44,752 bases of DNA, taken from positions 2,460,096 through 2,504,847 of the forward strand of contig NC_092214.1 of the NCBI RefSeq assembly GCF_043381705.1. Reading direction: 5' to 3'. The first letter of the stretch is position 1. The number at the start of each line of letters is the position of its first letter. The stretch is from Parasteatoda tepidariorum. Lineage: Eukaryota. Shown here piece after piece: positions 35,983 through 44,752 of the stretch. The notes below the pieces were generated by a model, which was not told the DNA's origin, ran no database searches, and was given only the letters and a program-made list of their open reading frames with translations. The position numbers and the translations under genes are program-made.

Positions 35983-36713
35983 TTTGTCGCTCGTTGTTTG
36001 AATATTTTATGATACCAGCAATACTGTGAACTTGCAGACTGTCGACTTCGGCTAGTAGAGCGTTTCTGACTAGTACTTCTTGACCGGTCACTTGTACGGG
36101 CTTCCAACCGTGAGACACGAGCAGTGATCTCTGTCAATAAAGACCGTAAATCCGTCTGATCCGCTGAACCAGCAACCACGCTGACTGACTGTGCGTTAGT
36201 TGTTGTAGCCATGATACCATCCGCCATCTCTGCCAGCTTGTCCAGGTTATCGTTGGAAATCGCCAAAATCTGCTGAACATTAGTAGGCAACCTCTGCAAA
36301 AATAAAGATTTAAGAAGTTCGTCGTTAATTCTCATGCCGGCTTTATTCCGCATTTCCAGAAGCAGTCTTGAAGGACGGCGGTCGCCAAGTTGCATCCCCG
36401 AAATTAAATCCCTTAAGCGTTGAGCTTCAGATTTAGCATACTGAGCGCACAATCTTTTTTTAAGTGCGGTGAAATGCTTATCCACAGGTGGACAGGTAAC
36501 AATATCACTGATAATCGCCAGTTCCTCCGGTTGTAGAGCAGAAATTACATGGTGAAATTTCGTTGACTCTGTAGTTACTCCAGCAAGAGTGAACTGACTT
36601 TCAATTTGTCTGAACCACAATTCTGGATTAGCTCTCCAAAAAGGTGGTGGCTTTACAGTGACACGAGCAATTTGTTGATCAGCAGTTTCCGTAGATTCGG
36701 GCATTTTTGGCAT
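35943..36713 (-). CDS. Gag-like capsid protein of the gypsy-like element
   Basis: A 256-aa ORF starts about 150 nt downstream of the PBS. It has an Arg/Ser-rich tail and a terminal Cys-His motif, CWYHKIFKQRATKCRPPC. It overlaps the protease ORF by 40 nt in the -1 frame. Confidence 0.7.
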   Translation of the reverse strand: MPKMPESTETADQQIARVTVKPPPFWRANPELWFRQIESQFTLAGVTTESTKFHHVISALQPEELAIISDIVTCPPVDKHFTALKKRLCAQYAKSEAQRLRDLISGMQLGDRRPSRLLLEMRNKAGMRINDELLKSLFLQRLPTNVQQILAISNDNLDKLAEMADGIMATTTNAQSVSVVAGSADQTDLRSLLTEITARVSRLEARTSDRSRSTSQKRSTSRSRQSASSQYCWYHKIFKQRATKCRPPCSFLPENC

Positions 36714-36863
36714 TAATCCAAAATTTATAAGTCTAACAATAGAAGTAATTTGTACTCACGGCTTGCCAAAAATTTTAAAACTTGAAACATACCAGCATTT
36801 CTCCGTGATCCTTCAACTAGGAGAATTTCTCAAATACAGTTTGCAGAAACAGAAATATACGTA

Positions 36864-36881
36864 TTCGTTCACAGGTCACCA
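36864..36881 (-). other. Putative tRNA primer-binding site, TGGTGACCTGTGAACGAA
   Basis: On the minus strand, 2 nt downstream of the 5' LTR end (..CA|AT|TGG..), 18 nt are complementary to a tRNA 3' end of the form ..TTCGTTCACAGGTCACCA-3'. The tRNA species was not identified. Confidence 0.5.
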
Positions 36882-36883
36882 AT

Positions 36884-37307
36884 TGTATAAGTTTCGGTGA
36901 TGGGAATGTAAGACTTTCAAAAGAAACAATATGGCAATGAAACATCCTCTTTAATAGTGAAAGATAACAAACCATCAAGAAACTTCAAAAACTCCAATTA
37001 ACAAGTTATTCGTTTAAAAAACATTAAAAGTTGTTATTAAAAGAACAATTAAAACTTAAACCTTTGATTGTAAACTGCAGGTGGGCGTCACCTGGTAGAA
37101 ACGGGATATCGGGACGAAGTCTCAGACGCTGTACAACAACCCCTTTTCACTCCCTGCCTTGGCCGCCGGTTGATGCTCCTCCGCCAGTATTCATCCGTGC
37201 AGGAACTATTTCAGTTCGTCCTCCTATCTTCGGTCTTCGATCCAATACTCGATCCTTCTACCTCGCTTTTCATGCTACCTCAGCTGTCGCAACCAACAGG
37301 CTCTATA
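36884..37307 (-). repeat. 5' LTR (in element orientation) of the gypsy-like element
   Basis: Direct repeat of 32350..32782 with TG..CA termini. The plus-strand ORF 37031..37342 inside it is an LTR artefact, mirrored by 32497..32847 in the other LTR. Confidence 0.85.
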
Positions 37308-38588
37308 CTAGTGAATATTTTTATTTATTTATAGGTTTCTAGCACTATTTTCATTTTTTCATGGTAAGCTTTTTTCATCTGATAATAAAAGCTTTATGTA
37401 TACCTCTGCACCAACAGTGCTTAGTGCTGTTTCCTTTCTTTTGGTTTTATATCATTAGGGCAATTTTCACACAAAACGCTATTGATTCTCTTTATAGTTA
37501 ACACCATATTTATTTTAATCGATGAAGGAATGTAGTTTACCCTTGTCTGCAATAAAGACGAAAGCAAGTTTCTATCCATGTTGTTGAACTCAAAACTTTA
37601 CATTCCAATTATTCAAGTTGGGAAGTACTTGCAGCAATACTGTCGTGGTGGCCAACTCGGAAGCTTTCAAATTTTGTCATTTAAAATTCATATTTGTACT
37701 GTCTTTTTGTATTTTATCATTTAACTCTCAAAAAGTTCTCAAGACGTAGTGCAATTTGCAAAAAAGGAAATTAACTTCAAAACATCTACATTTTTGATTG
37801 CTTTCTTGCCTAAATTGTTGTTCCAGATTTTCCAGATTGTGACTTCTCCCTATATTTTAAAAGTCAAGAATAAAGACATTAATATACTTATATACAATTA
37901 ATTTTGCACTTTCTCTCACATTTTCTTTACATATAAAAATGTTTTTAGAAACAATACTTTAAATTATGTTCAGAAAAAAAGTTAAAAATAAGAAAAGTTT
38001 GTATAATTTATTCAAGAGTATTTCAAAAAATGTAACGCCATGTAAACCTTTAAAACATATCACAAAGCTACAAAATTAAATATCTCTTAAATCTTCATTT
38101 GTCTTTGTTTTTCTTCTAATCTCTCACAAGCTTTTCACTGATGCTAAATTTCCTTGCAGTAATGTAGTTTTATTTTCTCTAGCATACACAATAACTTTCA
38201 ACTTAAAAAAACTTTTTATCCTGAAAACCTTTGTAGAGATAATAATTTTTATTATGTTTTTTTATTTTAGAAATTTTTATCTTTGATTTTTTCAGAGGTC
38301 TGACACACCCTTATACAATGGGCCGACTTATACTCTGAGTTATGCAGTATTTAGAGAAAGTGCTTTTTGTATTTGATTTTGTAACTTAAAATATCATTTA
38401 CACTAATTCATTAGCAATTTCAAGGTAATATCCTTGAGTCTTAGTATGTGAAAACCCTATAATTTAATCAAAAGTTATTCAAGGTGTTCAGCTATCTGTG
38501 CATTGTACACTTTCAGTAGAGAATTTTTAATCTTTTCATTTTAAATTTGAAATAAGTAAATATGTATCTTATGTATAATCTCTTTCAG

Positions 38589-38666
38589 GCAAATCATTAA
38601 AAAAGAGAAGACTTTGTGCAAGGGCAGATCGCATTTCTGCATATATCGATAGATCTTTATCTCGTG
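38589..38666 (+). CDS. Candidate exon 3
   Basis: Acceptor ATCTCTTTCAG| and donor CTCGTG|GTTAGT. Phase 1 carried from exon 2 gives GKSLKKRRLCARADRISAYIDRSLSR with no stops. The other two frames contain stops. Confidence 0.35.
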
Positions 38667-38839
38667 GTTAGTATAATCACTTCAGTATTAAATTTTTCTA
38701 ATAGTAGATATACAGGGTGGCCTTAAAAAGGCAAATTAAGAAAATTTTATCGATCTGAAAATGTAACGGAAATTAAAATAGCCAGAAAGTCAGAAAATAA
38801 ATAAATTTGAATTTAAGGTACCTAGAAGTCTATTTCTAC

Positions 38840-38857
38840 AAAAAAAAAAAAAAAAAA
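38840..38857. repeat. A18 homopolymer
   Basis: Direct reading. Confidence 0.9.
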
Positions 38858-38941
38858 CTGATATTCTAATGGTCCAAAAATACTTTTTATTTCTAAGTCT
38901 AATAGTTATTATTAGTGCTTTGTATGATAATTGATTTTCAG

Positions 38942-38957
38942 GAATAAGACACAACTG
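38942..38957 (+). CDS. Candidate terminal exon (coding part)
   Basis: Acceptor TTGATTTTCAG|. Phase 1 gives GIRHN and then TGA. A GC-richer 3' UTR-like stretch follows, with AATAAA at 39112..39117. Confidence 0.25.
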
Positions 38958-41900
38958 AGCTATTAACATTAAAATTTACATCACTGGCATGGGTGCAAGT
39001 CTTCTGCCCAGGGATAGAACCAATACGGAAATGATGCCAGGATGTGACTAGCTTCTTCTAGTAATTAATTGGGCCAGGAACTTGTTTTGATAACTTAAAG
39101 CTAAGAGATAGAATAAAAAGATAAAGGGAATATTTGTGATCATCTGTTGGTTTTGCAGTTTTTTTTCTCCATTTCCAACAACGAAGAATTGCATTTAAGA
39201 AAAAAAAATTTTTTAAAATTTGTATTAGCATTCATTTTATTGGAAATAAATTTTAATTCATTGAATAGGTATCTGTTTTGAGGCTGAATTAAAATATGAA
39301 ATCTAAATAAACTAATGTAAACATTTCAAAATTTTAAGATCATTTATGAAAATTAAGTTTAAATTAATAATTTAATCTGGAAAGTCAAAATACATTTATA
39401 ATTTAGAGAGTAAAGTTTATATTTTGAGTTATTATCAGGGCGTATTGTGCTCTTGAAAAAATCCGGATTTTTCGCTAGCCGTGATCTGGAAGTTTCCGGA
39501 GATCTAAGGTTCAGACATTTCAAAAAATCATTGATTACAAAAATTTTCAAAAATAAACTTTTTATTCCGGTGGAACTTAAAAGCACAGTTTATTTTATTT
39601 GTTTGTAATGGAGAGCCAGATACTTTATAAGCTTATATTCAAGATATTATTCATCTTTATAATTATTATCCATCTATTAATATTCATTTTTTATCAGTAT
39701 ATATTTATTATAATTATAAACTCAAGAAAGAAAGACATATTTGTAAATTTCAATTACTTCTCAAGGGCATCATAGGCATGAGTAAAATTTTAAATATGTT
39801 TTAAGTAAACTAAGAAATATTGAGAAAAAGGAAGAAACCTTGTTTAAATTTTTTTCTAATTTTTCGACTTATTCTTTTCGACTTAATTTTTCGACTTAGA
39901 CTTTTTCTTTTTGTTTACTCAAGAAATTTTCCGGAATTTTGACTTGGGCTCACAATCACCCCTCTATTATGAATTAAAGCAACTAATTTGATAAATAAAC
40001 ATATTACTATTTGAAAAATAAAAATTTAAATTTAAAAATTCCAGTTAGCTATATATTTATTATCAATCAAGAAAAAGCTTATAAAAATTATTGAATTATT
40101 CTTATATTAAAGAATATAATGCTATAACATTTTTTTTTCATTTACATTTTTCAAAAAATGTACTAACTTAGCTATGCAAAATTATAAATCTAAAAATTGC
40201 CACAGAAAACTTTTTACAAGTACAAGTCTACAGATACAAAATATAAAGTTACAGTTAGAATAACCAAATAAAATGTAAATTGCCAGATTTTTGAAATTTC
40301 AACTGAAATTGAAAAATATAGTACCGACCGACCCCTATCGAAAAGCTTAAAAAGAAAATCAAAACATTCAATGATTAAAAAATTATCCAATAAAGTGCTG
40401 CCATCTACATTTTTCAGGAACAAAAAAAATCCTTAATTTGACCGCATAGGCCTATTTATGCGGGCTTCAATATCGACCGAATTAAATTAACTTCTTTAAA
40501 ACGGATTGAATTAAAAAATTATAATTACAATAATTAAAAGGAAAATTATTATTCTCTGAAGTAATTTTGAAATTCTTATCCAAATCCAATTAATAAATTA
40601 TGTTGTAAAAATTTATGAACATGAAAATGTAAGAAAATATTAGCAAATGCAAATTTTCAATTTTTACATTAGATAATAATAATTAATAAAATAATAATTA
40701 AATGAATGCTCAATTATTAAGATAATATAAAACTATCAATTATAATATATGCATATTCTAAAAATATTATTTTTTCTTACATTTTACAACGATCATTTTT
40801 GTTAAAGATTAATTTCTAAATTACTTACAAGTTGGACTGAGTGACTTTTTAGACTTTTCAATGATAGATATAGTAAAACCACCAGCACTTGACTGCATAT
40901 AAATGTGATAAACCATGCAAAAATGTTGATAAAAAAATCGGTGCTAGTAGTATAAAAAACGATTAAAACAGAATAAAGCAGAATTAAATTATTCAAATAA
41001 CTTATCTTCTACTGCAATCTCTTTTTTCCTGAATGATTACAATTGCAACAGTAAGAAATAAGAGAGACAGTACAAATTCTTTTATTAAAAATGCAATATA
41101 TTTATTTAAATGATAGTCCTCTTCTAATGAAATGCTGCTTCAGGTTTATCCTATGTTACTGCTCTAGTCTAAGAATTCTCACAAATTAACCTCAACCTAT
41201 TCTTATATCTTTTCCTCAAAGACTATAAAACATCTACATTTTTCATTCTTTGTCCCATTCATTGCTCACTTACTCTTTTTCAACTGTAAAATCACTCTTG
41301 ATTTTAATTTGCATTTTATAAAATATTTCAATTTATAGTAAATTTGTATTTTGATTTGAAGTTTTCTATAAGAAAAAAATTCATCATAAATTGTTTAGGT
41401 TTGCCTTTGGCTAATATACTGGCTAATAATTTGAAGTCTTTAAACTGGGCCCTTCGAATCAATGTAATATTGTAACCTATTTGCAGTTTTACTGTTTAAT
41501 AACCTATGGAAATGAATATTTTTATGAAGCATTTTGATGTTCATAACATTTAATAATGCATAACTTTTATTAAAAATTTTTCAATGTAATTAAAATTATT
41601 TCTTACCTGATTTGTGACATAAAGTTGGTTTCTAAATTATGCATGCTAAGCAATATGTAAAACTTTTTACCTTAAAAATGCTATCTATTTATTGTAATAT
41701 ACTTTTATTCTTTGCATAGATATGCCTGATACTTGTGATATGGAAAGTATTCCCTTGAGTTATGAAGGTATTCAAAATATTTTATGTTAATCTTATTTTT
41801 AAGTTCTTAAAACCCTTTTTACTATTTTTCTGAATAACTATTTTCTGATAAACTATTTTTCTTATAGTTTCTTAGGTTTGTTTCAAAAATATCTGACCTT

Positions 41901-44752
41901 AGTTTTTTTACACTTAAACAAAGGAAGTAGGAATTCGTTTCCTGGTATAAATATATAAGAAAAGTTAATGCTCAATATTGAATTTTGGCCAGCTTTAGGA
42001 TGTATGGATAACTAACTGCTGTTGCATTTTTCTATTTGAGACAAAATGCAAAAATTCTTGTTCATTTTTGAGGTAGGGCAGGAAAAATTGTAAAAATTTT
42101 ATGGAGTCCCTTTTTTTGGTAATGAAGTCAAGATTCTGACATAAATAGTATGTGCTTGTTGTAATTGACTTCTACCTCAACTGTGATCATAAAAATAGAA
42201 TGTATGGCTTGTATTAAATGCAAGTGGCATGATAAAAGATATCAAAGAAGAAACCAATGAATCAAAGGTAGAAATTGATATAGTATGAACGTGACGGAAA
42301 ACAAATTTAACGTTTGAAATAAATAAATAAAAAGGGACACACATAACATAGTGGTGCATGATAGAATAATTAATTCCTACTCAAACCTTTTCTTGCAACT
42401 GCATATCTGCGTATGCATATAGTTTGGGAAAGATAAATAATAATTTAAAGCATAGCCATGAGCATGACAAAATGTTAAAAAGTAGAACACCAGTGAAAAA
42501 ACAGGTTAACATTAAAAGAGTTCTACACAAACTTTAAACAGTTCATAATTAGGAACAATTCAAATATATTTTGCTATGTTCTGTCTAAAATAGAAATACA
42601 GTTCTGTTACTCACAGTAGCAGTGTTTCCTTATCAAAGTTTGAACAAAACATAAGTAATTTACCAAACTATTCAAGCCAAATATAAAGATATATTTTCCT
42701 ACATTAAATTACTATACGATTAATGTTTTAGAAAATGGTTACTTAAAATATGACAAAAATCAAAGTTATTGTGGAGTGATTTACCTTGAGCGAAGCCTAA
42801 ATGCAAATTCACAAGAAAATTAATTTTAAGCAAAAAGAAGAAGAAAATATTTTGCTGTATCATATGGAAAAGGTGATGTCAGTGAAAATATAAAAAGCCT
42901 CATTCGACTTGAGTTATTACTCAAAATGTACTCCTCATTTAGTTGGAAATGGATTTGGCAAAATAAGCATACATGAAAAAAATCAAAGTAGTTTTTTTTA
43001 TGAACTATCTTGTCGAAACATTGCTTGGTTTCCCCCTGTTGCGTACATATGATGAACTACTGACGAACGTATTCACAATTTCTCAAACACTCACAATAGA
43101 AACAAATTCACTGCAATATCACAATGACTTTTAACATTTTAAAAAGTATTGCAAAGCGTTAAGCAAAAGCTTGAATTTTATAAAAATAAATGTGAAAAAA
43201 TTTTTCTTTTTCAATTTGCTGATTAAAATTTTTTTAAATGTGTTTTCAACTCCATTACACTTGCTTTGATTGTTATAAATAATATATTTTAAAAATTTTA
43301 AAAAAAATCATTAGTCTTAAATATTAAGGAATCATGTACACTTATGAAAATTACATGAAAATGACATTAATATGAAATTCTTTTTTTAAGATTAAAACTA
43401 CATTAAAACATTTGACTATTTACTTAAGAAATTGCATTAAAAAAAATCCTTATGGAACAGTGATGGGATTCAAATCATTTAAGAAACGGTAGTCTCAAAA
43501 TATTTTTGGTATTTTTTCAGAAGAAAAAGTAGTTATTATCGAACATAACAGGAACATAAATTAGGACATCGTTATTTTAGTTTTGAATAAAGATGGACTT
43601 CAGGAAAAGACTTTATTTTAGTTTTAAATTGCTTATTTTTTAAATATTTCCTAATGGCTCTTTGATTTTCACTTGATTCTTCCACTTTTTTGTTTTTCAC
43701 TCGAGTATCATCAGCTCTGTGCATACGCTGTAGCCATTTCATAACCAATGACTTTGGATCCCAGTCATTCAGAGGTAATCCCCATTAAAGAAATCATAAT
43801 TATATTTTAAACATTTTTGCTGTTCATCTGTTTCTTGCCTGTGTACAAATGGAATTCATAAGGCTTCTTTCAGGTTCAGCAGAACTTATAGCGACAATTC
43901 TTTAAATATTCTTTGCCTTCTGAATACTCTTAGGTATTACATATGAGTTATAGGATTGTTTAAAAAAAATTTCAGTATAATCCCTATAGTAATTGTTGTT
44001 TATCCAATGCTTAAAAATGTCAAAAACAGTTGATCTTCCTCATTTCTCCCAGGAACAACGATATCTCTGATTTTCCAGTATTTCGTTTCCAAATATTCTA
44101 TGAAACCTAGCAGATTCTGATCAAACTTGTTATCGCGCATTAATGATTTACTGGTTTTCATTAATCTGATTTCAGGATTTTGAATTGTGCTATCTATTAA
44201 CTTTTCCCATGCCAAACACTTAAATTTTGTGCTCTCACTAGAATGGATACATTAAATTTTTTTAGAATTAAAAGTTTTCTCGTAATCTCCATCATTAATA
44301 TTGAGCATTTCAAAAGCTTTAAATGTTTGTTGAATTAAATTTTCTGCTTAAATCGAATCCAAATTTCTCTCTTATAATGCTTTGGACAAAATAGTTTTCT
44401 GTCAAAATATCGATCATAAGGGGCCAGATATTTTTCAAAGTTATCATTTTCTAAGTGTTTCTGCATGCCTGAAATTTTTTAGTTAATTCGAAGAGCAAAT
44501 ACAGAGATGGATAAGCACACCAAACTGCAGTTGTTGATCTTAAACTGCATGCAGTCCAACGTGGCCCCAAAACACATTCAATTTTATTTATTTCATTTCC
44601 AAGCTGCTCTGAGATTTTGAAATTTGGTTTGATTGATGAAAAATTTTATACATTGTATCAATAATATTTTTAAATGATTGACTTCTCTGATTTCTTTTAT
44701 TGAATCATCTGAAAAAAGCTAAAGGCAAGGATTTAAACAATGCCAGGCTATA

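Larger units (their letters stand above)
32350..37307 (-). mobile_element. Ty3/gypsy-like LTR retrotransposon, 4958 bp, ordered LTR-PBS-gag-PR-RT-RH-IN-PPT-LTR
   Basis: Two direct repeats of about 430 bp (32350..32782 and 36884..37307) flank minus-strand ORFs that carry gag, a protease DTGA motif, reverse transcriptase motifs, an RNase H motif, and an integrase H2C2 / DDE / GPY-F module. The LTRs read TG..CA. A PBS-like TGG lies 2 nt inside the upstream LTR and a GGGAGGGGG polypurine tract abuts the downstream LTR. The flanks CTAGA/CTAGT give a possible 5-bp target-site duplication (4 of 5 match). Confidence 0.85.

Noticed and set aside
39858-39900. TTTTCGACTTA repeated three times, with nearby small CpG palindromes at 39440..39500 and 40440..40470
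   Set aside because: These are minor slippage-type repeats and short palindromes with no supporting context.
1-44752. Prokaryotic-style systems (operons, CRISPR arrays, defence islands, toxin-antitoxin pairs)
   Set aside because: The sequence has eukaryotic nuclear character throughout: extreme AT content, spliceosomal intron signals, and LTR, LINE and Tc1 elements. There are no short regularly spaced direct repeats with unique spacers and no compact gene arrays.

Overview
This window is AT-rich eukaryotic nuclear DNA, roughly 30% GC, with long A/T homopolymers, dinucleotide microsatellites, GT..AG splice-like signals and nested transposons. It looks arthropod-like. It is not prokaryotic: I see no operons, no CRISPR array and no rRNA or tRNA gene I can support. 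Most of the recognisable sequence is transposon-derived. (1) A nearly full-length Ty3/gypsy-like LTR retrotransposon sits on the minus strand at 32350..37307. It has two 424-433 bp LTRs (TG..CA), a primer-binding site, a polypurine tract, gag, and an aspartic protease / reverse transcriptase / RNase H / integrase pol. The pol carries only three lesions: an in-frame TAA, a 1-nt frameshift in a T6 run, and an in-frame TGA at a conserved Trp. (2) A 1.5 kb Tc1-like DNA transposon sits on the minus strand at 23510..25035, with about 31 bp TIRs, TA target-site duplications and a frameshifted DD34E-type transposase. (3) A 5'-truncated, decayed Jockey/I-like non-LTR ORF2 (reverse transcriptase plus C-terminal Cys-His motif) lies on the minus strand at about 19130..21804. 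It abuts a plus-strand RTE/CR1-like reverse transcriptase fragment at about 21800..22350, which is followed by an unexplained GC-rich 500 bp block. (4) There is a short copia-like protease remnant. There are also several local tandem duplications, a roughly 1 kb segment present twice 3.4 kb apart, a 170 bp MITE-like foldback hairpin, and a 1 kb array of mixed direct and inverted AT-rich repeats. The best candidate for host coding sequence is a phase-consistent four-exon plus-strand model for a small basic protein of about 90 aa. Its exons are 17730..17845, 23053..23114, 38589..38666 and 38942..38957, with good acceptor and donor signals. The 5 kb and 15 kb introns hold the LINEs, the Tc1 element and the gypsy element. 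Every identification here rests on motif recognition from memory, not on database searches. Everything outside these features looks like AT-rich intronic or intergenic DNA.
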